Below, one piece after another: positions 13,372-23,739 of a stretch of 64,000 nucleotides of DNA; position 1 is the stretch's first letter, and each line of letters begins with the position of its first letter. Location of the stretch: NCBI RefSeq assembly GCF_018350175.1, contig NC_058383.1:15936001-16000000 (forward strand), given 5' to 3'. Position numbers and translations under genes: made by a program. The notes beneath the pieces were generated by a model. That model was not told where the DNA came from and made no database searches. It saw only the letters and a list, made by a program, of their open reading frames with translations. Origin of the DNA: Felis catus (Eukaryota).

Positions 13372-13684
13372 TTAATTAATTTTAAAAAATAATGTAACAC
13401 ATAGTTCTCTGCCTTTCAACCAAGCCGGAGCCTTCACTCTGCACTCTTGGGAGGGAATGTTTTTCTGGAGGCTCCTTGGTGTCAGTGAGCCCCCATTCCC
13501 AGCCCAGGCAACCTAAGCCTGAGACCTGGGCTTACATAGTTCTCTGAAACTTATATAGTTCTCTGAAAAGTGCTGGTATTTAGTAAGTACTACATAAGAG
13601 AGCTTATGAACAAATATCCTACATATTTTCTATCTTTTGTCTAGTGTGATTTACATAGCATAGGGATTAGGAACACAGATGCTA

Positions 13685-13888
13685 GGGGCAACTGGGTGAC
13701 TCAGTCAGTTGAGCATCCCACCTTAGCTCAGGTCATGATCTCATGGTTTCTGAGTACAAGCCCTGCATTGGGCTCACTACTGTCAGCATGGAGCCAGCTT
13801 CAGATCCTCTGTCTCCCTCTCTCTCTACCCTTCCCTCACTCACACTCTCTCAAAAATAAATTTTAAAAATTTGGAGAAAAAAAAAAAG
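13685..13888 (+). mobile_element. CAN-SINE
   Basis: TSD-like gaacacagat(g/t)cta on both sides. Confidence 0.85.
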
Positions 13889-14199
13889 AACACAGATTCT
13901 AGGGTCAGACTGCTGGCCTTAGTTTGGATTCCGTCTGCCCCACCTAGTAACTTTATGAGTTGGGGCAAGTCACTTAATCTTCTAAGCATCTAATCCTCTA
14001 AATTTCCCTATCTGTAAAATAGCGATAATTGTGTTTACCTTCTAAGAAGATTAAATGTGATGATAAACATGCAGCGGTTTTAGAGCATGTCTGCAAATTG
14101 TTTGGACACTCTTCCTTCATGGGCTGGAGACTAATTCCCCCCACCTTGAATATGGCCTGGACTTGTGCCTCATTTGTAATGAATAGAAAGCAGTGGAAG

Positions 14200-14418
14200 G
14201 GGGGCACCTGGGTGGCTCAATGGTCAAGCATCCAACTCTTGATTTCGGCTCAGGTCCTGATCTCACAGTTCGTGAATTGGAGCCCACATCAGGCTCTGTG
14301 CTGACAGTGCGGAGCCTGCTTAGGATTCTCTCTCCCTCTTTCTCTGCCCCCCTGCTCTCAAGCACATGTGCACTTTCTCTCCTTCTCTCTCAAAATAAAT
14401 TAATTAATTAAAAAAAAA
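14200..14418 (+). mobile_element. CAN-SINE
   Basis: SINEC head and tail. Confidence 0.85.
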
Positions 14419-15449
14419 GGCAGTGAAAGTGACACTACATGACTTTTGAGGCTGGGGCAGAAAAAGCTATGCAGCTCTCATCTGACTCTCTTTCAGGACG
14501 TGGGTTTTAAAGTCCTGAGTCACCCCATAAGAAGTGTAGCTACCTTCACACCATTAGGCTGGAGGCACCACATGGAGAGATCATACAATTATACAAACTG
14601 TTGCAATCCCCAGCCATTTGAATCGTCCCATCCCAGGCATCAGACTTGTGACTGATGAAGAAGTTTTTGAAATGACCCCAGGTCCATACAACTGTATGAG
14701 AAACCTTTAGCCAGAACCTCTTAGCTAAGCCCATTCAAACTCCAGAATGATCAAAAGTAATAACTATCACAGTTGTTGTTTTGTAATTTGGGATGTTTTG
14801 TTACACAGTGATAGATAACTGATATGCACATAAAGTACCTTGAACGTGAAAAGCACTGAATAAATAGTTGTCCTAATTATTATTATTTCAAACTAGCATC
14901 ATCCTGGCCCGCTAGGCCTTCCTTTATTAATAATGGCAACTACCATTCACTGAGTACTTAGCATAAATCAGGCATTATATGTATATGATTTCTTCTTCAC
15001 TCAATGTTCAAGGCATGGGTATCATTATTCCCTTTTTACTGAACCTCCAAGAGGGTAAGTACTTACCTGAGGCTACACTCAAGGAGCATTGTGGCTTAGA
15101 TTCAACCCTGGCTCCTCTGACTCTCAGAACCTGTCATAAAGTGTACTCCAGAATAGTTAACTGCCACTTGAGTCCTTCTAAAGTGCTGCCAGGAGTGAGT
15201 CTACCGCCCAGGCTGGGCCACCAACAGCTGTCTCCACGAAAAGCTAGCGAGATTGGGCTCTTGTCAAGCCTCGCACCATTCTTTCAGGCTGTCTCCCACA
15301 TACTCAGCACCAAGTATGTATGGTCGATCTTAATTCAGCAAATGAAGAGTACAGCAACCCACAGGCCTCAAGACTACTTGTGCAACTTTTGTATTCACCA
15401 AAGGGACTGGAAAAACAATTGATTGTCATTTAAGATTTAGTGGTGTTCC

Positions 15450-15574
15450 GGGCCACCTGGGTGGCTCACGGTTGAGTGTCACCCTCTTGGTTTCAGCTCA
15501 GATCATGATCTCACGATTTCCTCAGTTCAAGCCCCACATTGGGCTCTGTGCTGGCAGTGCAGAGTCTCCTTGGG

Positions 15575-15609
<35 letters not shown>

Positions 15610-15660
15610 GCCTCTCCCTGTCTCTTTCAAAATAAATAAATAAACTTAAAAAAAAAAAAA
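15450..15660 (+). mobile_element. CAN-SINE
   Basis: TSD-like aagatttagt(g/t)gtg. Confidence 0.85.
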
Positions 15661-16329
15661 GATTTAGTTGTGCTCCTATTGGTAAGTTCTTGTTAACTTG
15701 ATCCCTCAGGTAATTAATTTCTGATGAATCAACATCTTGGCGTACCAATGCTATTGCTGTCCTGCACATAACATGAGCTTTGCGGCTAGACCGTTGGGGT
15801 TCAATTCCCAGCTCGGCCACTTCCTAGCTGGGTATTATTGGGAAAGTCACCCAATCCCTCCCAGACACAGTATCCTCATCAGTAGAATGGGAGTAATTAT
15901 AGCATAGGCCACAAGGACTGGTTGTGAAGATTTAAGGAGATAACCAATATGTAAGGTGTTTAGTAAGTGCCTGGCACACAGAGCTATTAGCTCTCATTGT
16001 TATTTGCTTATTGCCCTATTTATATAGAGAGAACACCTCAGCCTGCCTTTAAATTGTTTCCTTAACATTTTTTACTTTCCTCAGGCAGGAGTCTGTGCTT
16101 GGAATTTCCTAAGATGATGCTCAGGAGGCGTGACGAAGTAAGAACCTCTCCCTTTCCTCCTTGTCTCTCTCTTCTCCTGGGAGTTCAGTTATTGTCAATA
16201 ATAGCAATGACAACACAGGTACTGAATGCTGATTATGTAGCTGTAAGATCCAGTCTTAAACTGTGTATATATCATTAACTCAGATTCTCACAACAAATCA
16301 TACAAGCTAGATATTTTTACTCATTTATT

Positions 16330-17260
16330 CATCGTTTTTTTCAATTAACGAATACTTACTGTGTTCCTTCAATGATCTAGGTACTTGGGATACATTAAAG
16401 CATAAGACAGACAGAAATCCCTGTTCACATTCTAGTGTGCAGGGACTACTGTAAATAAACAAACAGTAACAAAGGTAGCAAGTCAAAGAGTGATAAGTGC
16501 TGTGGAGAAAAATAAAGGTGAGAAGGCAAAGAAGGAGAAGCAAATTTCTCCTTTAAACAAAGCAGTTAAGGGAAGTTCTCACTTTGTGAGAGGGTGACAG
16601 GTGGGCAGGGACATGAAGAAGGTGAGGAAGTGAGACATGGGGAGACTTGGGGCAACATTCCAGATAAGGGGAACAGCAGGGAGTATGAAGTATAAGGAAG
16701 CATAAAGCACAGAGGAACATGCCTGGATGTTTGAGGAACACAGGAAGCCAGTATGGCTGGAGTAGAGAGTGGCCGAGTGACAGGAGAGTCACAGGAGAGA
16801 AGGGTAGAGAGGTATAAGGAAGGAGGGAGCAGGGCAGGTCACTGAGTTCTAGGCCACTGGAAAGACACTGGCTTTCACTCAGTGAAATGCAGAGCCCTCG
16901 AATAATAGCTTTGAGCCGAGAAATGGCATGATCTAGTTTAAATTATAAAAGGATCTCTCTGCCACTTGTGTTGAGATCCTAGAAGAGCAAGGGTGGAAGC
17001 AAGGACAAGAATGGGAAGGCAAAATATCATGGTGCATGGTGGCTCAGTCCAGGAAGAAGCAGTGGAGTAGGGAGACACTATCAGATTCTGGATGTAATTC
17101 CAAATAGATCCAACAGGATTATATGGCTGGATTTGGGTAGGAGGAAAAACAGGGGTGAAGGATGACACTAGGGCTTTTGGTCTGAGCAATCGGATGGTGT
17201 TGCTGTTCAACAGAATGATGACCACATTTGGAAGGAAGATCAGATGTTGACTTTTAGATG
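16330..17260 (-). mobile_element. Ancient L2 fragment
   Basis: aatacttactg, gaggaacacaggaagccagtatggctggag, ggatctctctgcc are L2-like blocks. Confidence 0.6.
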
Positions 17261-17267
17261 TCTTTTA

Positions 17268-17478
17268 GGGGTGCCTGGGTGGCTCATTTGGTTAAGCGTC
17301 CAGCTCTTGACTTTGGCTGAGGTCATGGGTTTGATCCCCACCTATCATGGGTTTGATCCCCACATCAGGCTCTGCACTGGCAGTGTGGAGCCTGATTAGG
17401 ATTCTCTCTCTCTCCCTCTCTCTCTGCCCCTCCCCCACTCATGTCTGTCTCTCTCTCAAAATAAATAAAAAAAAAATA
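17268..17478 (+). mobile_element. CAN-SINE with an internal 19-bp duplication (tcatgggtttgatccccac)
   Basis: TSD TAGATGTCTTTTA. Confidence 0.85.
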
Positions 17479-18596
17479 GATGTCTTTTAAACATTAAAAA
17501 AAAATCAGAAAGGCATTAGGATATAGAAGTTTTCCCTCCACCTAATAAGTGGATAATAATAATAAGTGCTTATCAATATGCTTATTAATGCTTAATTAAT
17601 TAATTAATGCATAATTAATTATGCTTATTAATCATTAATTATAATTATTGATTAATTATAATAATTAATTAATTACATCCCAGTGGCTGAGCTGGGATTT
17701 AAACCAAGATAAGTCTGACTCCACCATCCTTATCTTTTGTGTTAAATATCAGCCACAGGATTTTTGCTTTTGACCAAGATGGAGTCAGTTGGACCTGATT
17801 TACTGTCGCACATGAAACAACAACAAAAAAATTAAAAAGACAACATACACGAAACAAAGATTTTCAATGAAGGATGATGATTTCGGAAAGACAGGAAATA
17901 AAAGAAGGGAGCCTTATAATCATCCAGGTTACTATTTGGAGAAAGTTCTCTGGACATGATGTAGGGAGGCATAACTGAGGCAGAGTCTGGCAGACCTTCT
18001 GAGTTGAGAAGGCCGAGAGAGACAGAGGCCTCTAGAGTTCATGAAACAGAGTACCGGAGAGAAGAGAACTACACAGAGGACTCCGAAGATATACAGAAGG
18101 TCCTCCTCAAGTATTCAGTGGGTTACTGAATCAATGCATGCATGTGAGGAAAGTATCTGAATATCGGGAAAGAACAATCCAAAAGGATTAAAGGAAACAA
18201 TGCTTATTCATGCCAGTCAGACTGGGAAAACTTATAATTCATTGAGTATTAAGGGAAGTCTTCTCTCATTAGTGGGAGATAATTAGCTCTAGACTGAGCA
18301 TCGCTATTGACCTGTCTAACAACTAACGAAAACAAAACCCAAAAGGATCAAACTGTTTCCAAGTTACCTAACTGCATCCCAGAGCAAAATTCAAAAAGAT
18401 TTATCAGAATACAAAAATATCCACCACCTAACCAGATAAAGATCCAATGTTTAGCATCTGATCAAAGACCACTAGATGTGTAAAGAAGCAAGAAAATGTG
18501 ACCGATAATGAACAGATTAATAAATCAGAGAAAGACATTAAAACGTGTATTCTAACTGTATTCCATATGCTCAAAAAGCTAAGTTGAGGACTTGAA

Positions 18597-19784
18597 TGTG
18601 TTACAGGATTTTTTTTGCCACAAAACCCAGGATGCATTGTCTCACCACTTCAAAGAATGAAGAGGTAGACACAAACTGTGCAGCAGGCAAAAGTTTATCA
18701 GAGTTTAAGATTAGAAGGGAAGAATAGTAGAAAAGCTCTCTTTACAGAGAGGGGACATTCAAAAGTAAATGCCTGAGGACTACAGCCAAGGGTCCTTGTT
18801 TTATAAGGTTCTGGTTGATGTGGGAAACAAAGGCAGAAGGAAATGGCAGCTAAAATTCAATTTCCTTATAACCTGCAGTCCATTGGCAAATACTTCAGGC
18901 AGACAGAGGTTTCTCCAGGAACTTCCTGCTATCTTAATGCTAATGCCTTGCTAGAGGAAAAAACAACCTTAGCTTGACAATAGCTAGGCCTCCAGAATCA
19001 TGTGAGTCTTCTTTAGCATATGAAAATCTCATTGGAGGGGCACCTGGGTGACTCAGTAGGTTAAGCATCAGACTTCAGCTCAGGTCATGATCTGTTGGAG
19101 TTCGAACCCTGCATCTGGCTCTGTGCTGACAGCCTGGAGCCTGCTTCGGATTCTGTGTCTCCCTCTCTTTGCTCTTCTCCCACTCATGCTCTCTCTCCCT
19201 CTCAAAAATAAATAAACAGAAAAAAAATCTCATTGGAAACTTCACCTTGAGTTCCCCACCCCACCCCCACCCCCACTAATTCCATATAGATAACCAGTCT
19301 CTCCTCATGATCCTGGGGCAGCTCTTCCTGCCCATGGGTCCTGTCCCCATACGTCAATAAAATCACCTTTTTGCACCAAAGACATCTTCAAGGATTTTTT
19401 CTTGGCTGTTGACTCCATACCCCATTTGCCCCACTATCACCCAAAAAAACCTCATCACTGGTCAGCCCTCCCCTGTCCTTTCCCCCTTGTTCCTTCTAAG
19501 GTTCTACCCTTATTGGCTTGATAACTCTGGGTCCTGGGTTGGCTCGTTTCCATTGTATGAGGGGTGGTCTATGGCCATACTTAGGTCTTTTGTCAAATTC
19601 CAGAGGGGAAACCTAGGGGGAGTAGGCGGGGTCTGTTACATTCTTAAGAGAAACCTATGCCTGAGGGGGCTTGCTGTGGTCAGACACTCCCAGCATTGTT
19701 CCAAAATAGGTGTTTTTCCTCACTCAGGGACCTCAGGCCCTAATCTTTCCCTCTCTGCCTACTGAATCCTATCTTTTCCTATCA
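18597..19784 (-). mobile_element. Solo LTR A (ERV-type), host to LTR B
   Basis: TG...CA termini. It interrupts the L1-like sequence gacttgaa|...|taaacagacacttctcc, with an imperfect tgaa/taaa TSD. Confidence 0.6.
18816..19457 (+). mobile_element. Solo LTR B (TGATGTGGGAAACAA...CTCATCA), containing a CAN-SINE at 19037-19223
   Basis: TG...CA termini, TSD CTGGT (18811-18815 / 19458-19462), internal AATAAA. The SINE TSD is AAAATCTCATTGGA. Confidence 0.85.
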
Positions 19785-19855
19785 TAAACAGACACTTCTC
19801 CAGAGATGATACAGAAATGGCCAACAAGTAAAGCACCTGGGTGGCTCAGTCGGTT

Positions 19856-20158
19856 TGTTACAGCAAATACTTGGCGCCCAGGAAGGGGCAAGCGACAGTA
19901 CTTAGGGAATCAGAAAAGACTGCTGCCTGCCCAGTGAGTCATCTCCAAAGGCTGAGCATCCCACTCAGGTTTTACTGATCTTTTATACATATGTGCTTCT
20001 GGGTGGGTGGGACTAGTATAGCCAAGCTTCTGGTTCCTGTCTGCTAGATGATGCAAGAGGCAAGCGAGATTGCAGAAGTCAAAGGCATGCAAAGGGAGTT
20101 TCTGGCCTTGGATATCTGGCTGGCCCTTTTTATTTGCATTCACCAGCTTTCCTTTTCA
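19856..20158 (-). mobile_element. Solo LTR C (303 bp) inserted into a CAN-SINE
   Basis: TG...CA termini and 4-bp TSD GGTT (19852-19855 / 20159-20162); the SINE resumes exactly after it. The minus strand has TATAAAA followed by AGTAAA. Confidence 0.8.
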
Positions 20159-20424
20159 GGTTAAGTGTCCAACTTTGGCTCAGGTAATGTTCTCACGGTT
20201 TGTGAGTTCGAGCACCGTGTAGGGATCTGTGCTGACAGCTCAGAGCCTGGAGCCTATCTGGGATACTGTGTCTCCCCCTCTCTCTGCCTCTCCTCCACTC
20301 ACACTCTGTCTCTCTCTTTCAAAAAAATACTAAACATTATTTTTAAGAAAAGCCCAAACCAAACTTCTAGAGTTGAAAACTAAAATATTTGAGGGTTTTT
20401 TGTTTTGTTTTGTTTTTTGTTTTG

Positions 20425-21545
20425 TTTTTTTGCTGCATCCACCATGAGAAGGAAGATCATTCTCAAGCAGACCTTCAGCATTCCAGAAAACATTGACATC
20501 ACTCTGAAGGGCTATACTATTAGTTACTGTGAAGGCCCCCAGAGGAAACCTGTGAAAGGACTTCAACTACATCAATGTAGAACTCAGTTTCCTTGGAAAG
20601 AAAAAGAAGAGGCTCCGAGTTGACAAATGGTGGGGAAATATAAAGGAAGTGGCTATTGTTCACGCTATCGTAGTCATGTACAAAAAACATGGTCAAGAGG
20701 GTTACCCTGTGTTTCCATTACAAGATGAAGTCTGTGTGTTGAGTTTTTCTGGGCGTGATGGTGGGGTGGTGGCATCCAGAGCCGACAGCCAGGAAAGAAT
20801 TCTTGAAGATGTCTTTAGTGCAAAAAGGTGATTTTATTAAAGCACAGGACAGGACCCAGGTGCAGGAAGAGCTGCCGCAAGACCTTGAAAAGAAACTGGT
20901 TATCTAATAGGGAGTTGGGGGAGGTAAAGTCAAGGTGAAGCTTCCAATGAGATTTTCATATGCTAAAGAAGACTCCCAGGATACTGGAGGTCTAGCTATT
21001 GTCAAGCTAAGGTTGGTTTTCCTTCTGGCAAAGCATCAGCATTAAGATAGCAGGGAGTTCCTGGAGAAACCTCTGCTTGCCTCAAGTATTTGCCAGCAGG
21101 CTGCAGGTTATAAGGAAATTTAATTTTATTTGCCATTTCCTTCTGTCTTTGTTTCCCACATCATGTGTATGTTCACTTTCCCATCAATGTTGTTATTCAG
21201 GAGAATGGTTCTCTTGTTGAAATATGAAATACATCTGTTTGCTGGGTTCAGATGAGGTCAGGCATTGCCTGTTCAGTATCTCCCCAGAAAGATGAGTTAA
21301 TTCTTGAAGGAAATGACATTGAACTTACATCAAATTCAGCTGCTTTGTTTCAGCAACCCACAAGAGTTAAAAAAAGGATATCAGAAAATTTCTGGATGGT
21401 ATCTGTTTCTGAGAAAGAAAAAGTTCAGCAGGCTAATGAATAAGACCTAAGTTAGTCCAGCTACAGAAACCACAAGATGCCAGATTTTTCAGACTTCTTT
21501 ATGATATTTTAAAGATGCACTAACAGCTGTGTGTTAAAAAAAGAA
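20425..21545 (+). pseudogene. RPL9: RPL9 processed pseudogene, copy 1, split by a solo LTR at 20737-21163
   Basis: Intronless degenerate RPL9: IPENIDITLKG...[15 protein letters not shown]...YKMKSV / YVHFPINVVIQENGSLVE...[21 protein letters not shown]...VQQANE*. It has frameshifts and an A-tail at about 21536. Degenerate TSD: GAAAACTAAAATATTTGAG (20375-20393) vs GAAAACTACAAGATTGGAG (21553-21571). Confidence 0.9.
20737..21163 (-). mobile_element. Solo LTR of the same family as LTR B, inserted in RPL9 pseudogene copy 1
   Basis: Reverse complement begins TGATGTGGGAAACAAAGACAGAAGG and is colinear with 18816-19457; 4-bp TSD TGTG. Confidence 0.88.
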
Positions 21546-21925
21546 AAGGAAAGAAAACTACAAGATTGGAGATACTGAATTGGATGGACAGGAGATTAGA
21601 TATTATAGATGGAAAGACTGGTGAATTAAGGACATAAAAATAGGCACCATCCAAAATGAAACACAGAAAGAAACAGAATCACCCAAAATAAAACAGCATC
21701 AATGAGTTGTGGGACACTTCATGCTTATGTACAAATAATTGGAGTATCTAAAAAAGAGGAGAAAGAAGAGGGTGGAAAGTTCTCTTAATATTAAAAATTA
21801 TAAATCTACAGACCTAAGATGCTCAACAATCTCCAGCACAAGAAAAATGAAGAAAACAGAAAACTGCACCAAGGTGTATCAAAATCAATGATACAGAAAA
21901 AAATCTTAAAAGCAGCTAGAGGGAA

Positions 21926-22037
21926 GGGCGCCTGGGTGGCTCAGTCGGTTGAGCTTCCCACTTTTGGTTTTGGCTCAGGTCATGATCCCAGAGTTGTGGG
22001 ATAGAGCCCCATGCACTGAGCATGGAGCTTGCTTAGG

Positions 22038-22085
<48 letters not shown>

Positions 22086-22251
22086 CCCCCCAGCCCCTCT
22101 CCCTCACTTGCATTCTGTCTCTAAAAATTATATATAAATACATATGTAAATATATATAATATATTACATATATACATATGTAATATACATATACGTATAT
22201 GTATAATATACATATACGTATATGTATATATGTAATATACTATATATATAA

Positions 22252-22320
<69 letters not shown>
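21926..22320 (+). mobile_element. CAN-SINE whose tail expanded into a (TA)n/(TG)n compound microsatellite
   Basis: TSD-like aaa(g/a)cagctagaggga on both sides. Confidence 0.85.
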
Positions 22321-22321
<1 letters not shown>

Positions 22322-22694
22322 GCTAGAGGAAAAAAAAGACATGTTACATACAGAGGTACAAAAATAAGGCTGACAGATTTGTTATCAGAAACAATGCAAA
22401 TGAGAAGACAGTGGAGCAACATCTTTAAAATACTGGGGGTAAAAGTCCACTCAGAATTCCATATGTGGGAAAAATATTTCTCAAAACAACAACAGGGTAA
22501 CATAAAGACATTTGCAGATGTACAAAACCTGAAAGGATTCATCACTGGTACTACAGAAAAATAAAGGAAATGCTTTAGACAAAAGGAAAATAATGGCAGA
22601 TAGAAATCTGGATCCACACAAAGGAATAAAAAGCACAGGAAATGCTAACTACATAAGTAAATACATAAGACTTTTTTTTTACTATATATATTTT

Positions 22695-23153
22695 TTTAAT
22701 TTTTTTAATGTTTATTTATTTTTGAGAGAGAGAGACAGAGCATGAGTTCGGGAGGAGCAGAGAGAGAGGGAAACACAGAATCCGAAGCAGGCTCCAGGCT
22801 CCAAGCCATCAGCCCAGAGCCCGATGCAGGGCCCGAACCCACAAACCCGTGAGATTGTGACCTGAGGCAAAGTCGGACGCTTAACTGACTGAGCCACCCA
22901 GGCGTCCCTTTTTTACTATTTAAATCTCTATAAACGTAATTGATGGTGGAGCACCTGGATGGCTCAGTTGGTTAAGCATCGGATTTTGACTCAGGTCATG
23001 ATTTCATGGTACATGGATTCGAACCCCATGTCAGGCTCTGGGCTGACAGCTCAGCCTGCAGCCTGTTTCAGATTCTGTGTCTCCCTCTCTCTCTGCTGAT
23101 CCCCAACTCGTGCTCTCTCTCTCTCTCAAAAATAAATAAACATTTTTAAAAAA
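22695..23153. mobile_element. Head-to-head CAN-SINE pair (minus about 22695-22908, plus about 22948-23153)
   Basis: Opposite-orientation SINEC copies about 40 bp apart. Confidence 0.82.
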
Positions 23154-23241
23154 TAACCAATGGTTTAAAGAAAAATAACCATGAAGTAAGAATAGGAGAG
23201 AACTTTCTGAACCTGAGGAAACGGGATCTATGAAAACCTGA

Positions 23242-23737
23242 CTGTAGTGGATGGGATTATGCCACCACCACCCATCCCCCTGGAAAAATATATTCAAGTC
23301 CCAGCCCCCCTAGGACCTGTGAATATGACCTTATTTGGAAATCGGATCTTTGCCTTGTACTCAAGTGAAAATAAGGTCATAATGGATTAGGGTGGGCCCT
23401 AAATCCAATGACTGGTATTTTTCTAAGAGAAAAGGAGAGGGAGATTTGGATACAAAGACGTAGAAGAGACACTGGAAAGAAGGGCATGTAAAGATGGAGG
23501 CAGAGATCAGAATGGTGCAACTACAAGTCAAAGAATGCCAAGGACTGGCCGGAATCACCAGAAGCTGGGAAGAGGCAAAGAAGGCTTCTTCCCTAGAGCC
23601 TTCAGAAAAAGCATGGCCATGCCGGCACCTTCATTCCAAACTCTGGACTTCAGAACTTTGAGAGAATAAACTTCTGTTATTTCAAGCCGTGACAGTTTGT
23701 GGTACTTTCTTATGGCCATGCTAGGAAATGAATATAC
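23242..23737 (+). mobile_element. MaLR MLT1-type LTR
   Basis: acctgtgaatatgaccttatttggaaa...gggtgggccctaaatccaatgactgg...ctaggaaatgaataca-like end. Confidence 0.75.
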
Positions 23738-23739
23738 CT

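Noticed and set aside
19871..19890. TGGCGCCC resembling a tRNA-Lys primer-binding site
   Set aside because: Only 8 nt match, it lies inside LTR C rather than after an LTR end, and no gag/pol/env sequence follows.
19457..20737. Provirus between the two same-family LTRs
   Set aside because: The LTRs are inverted, have separate TSDs, and enclose no retroviral coding sequence.
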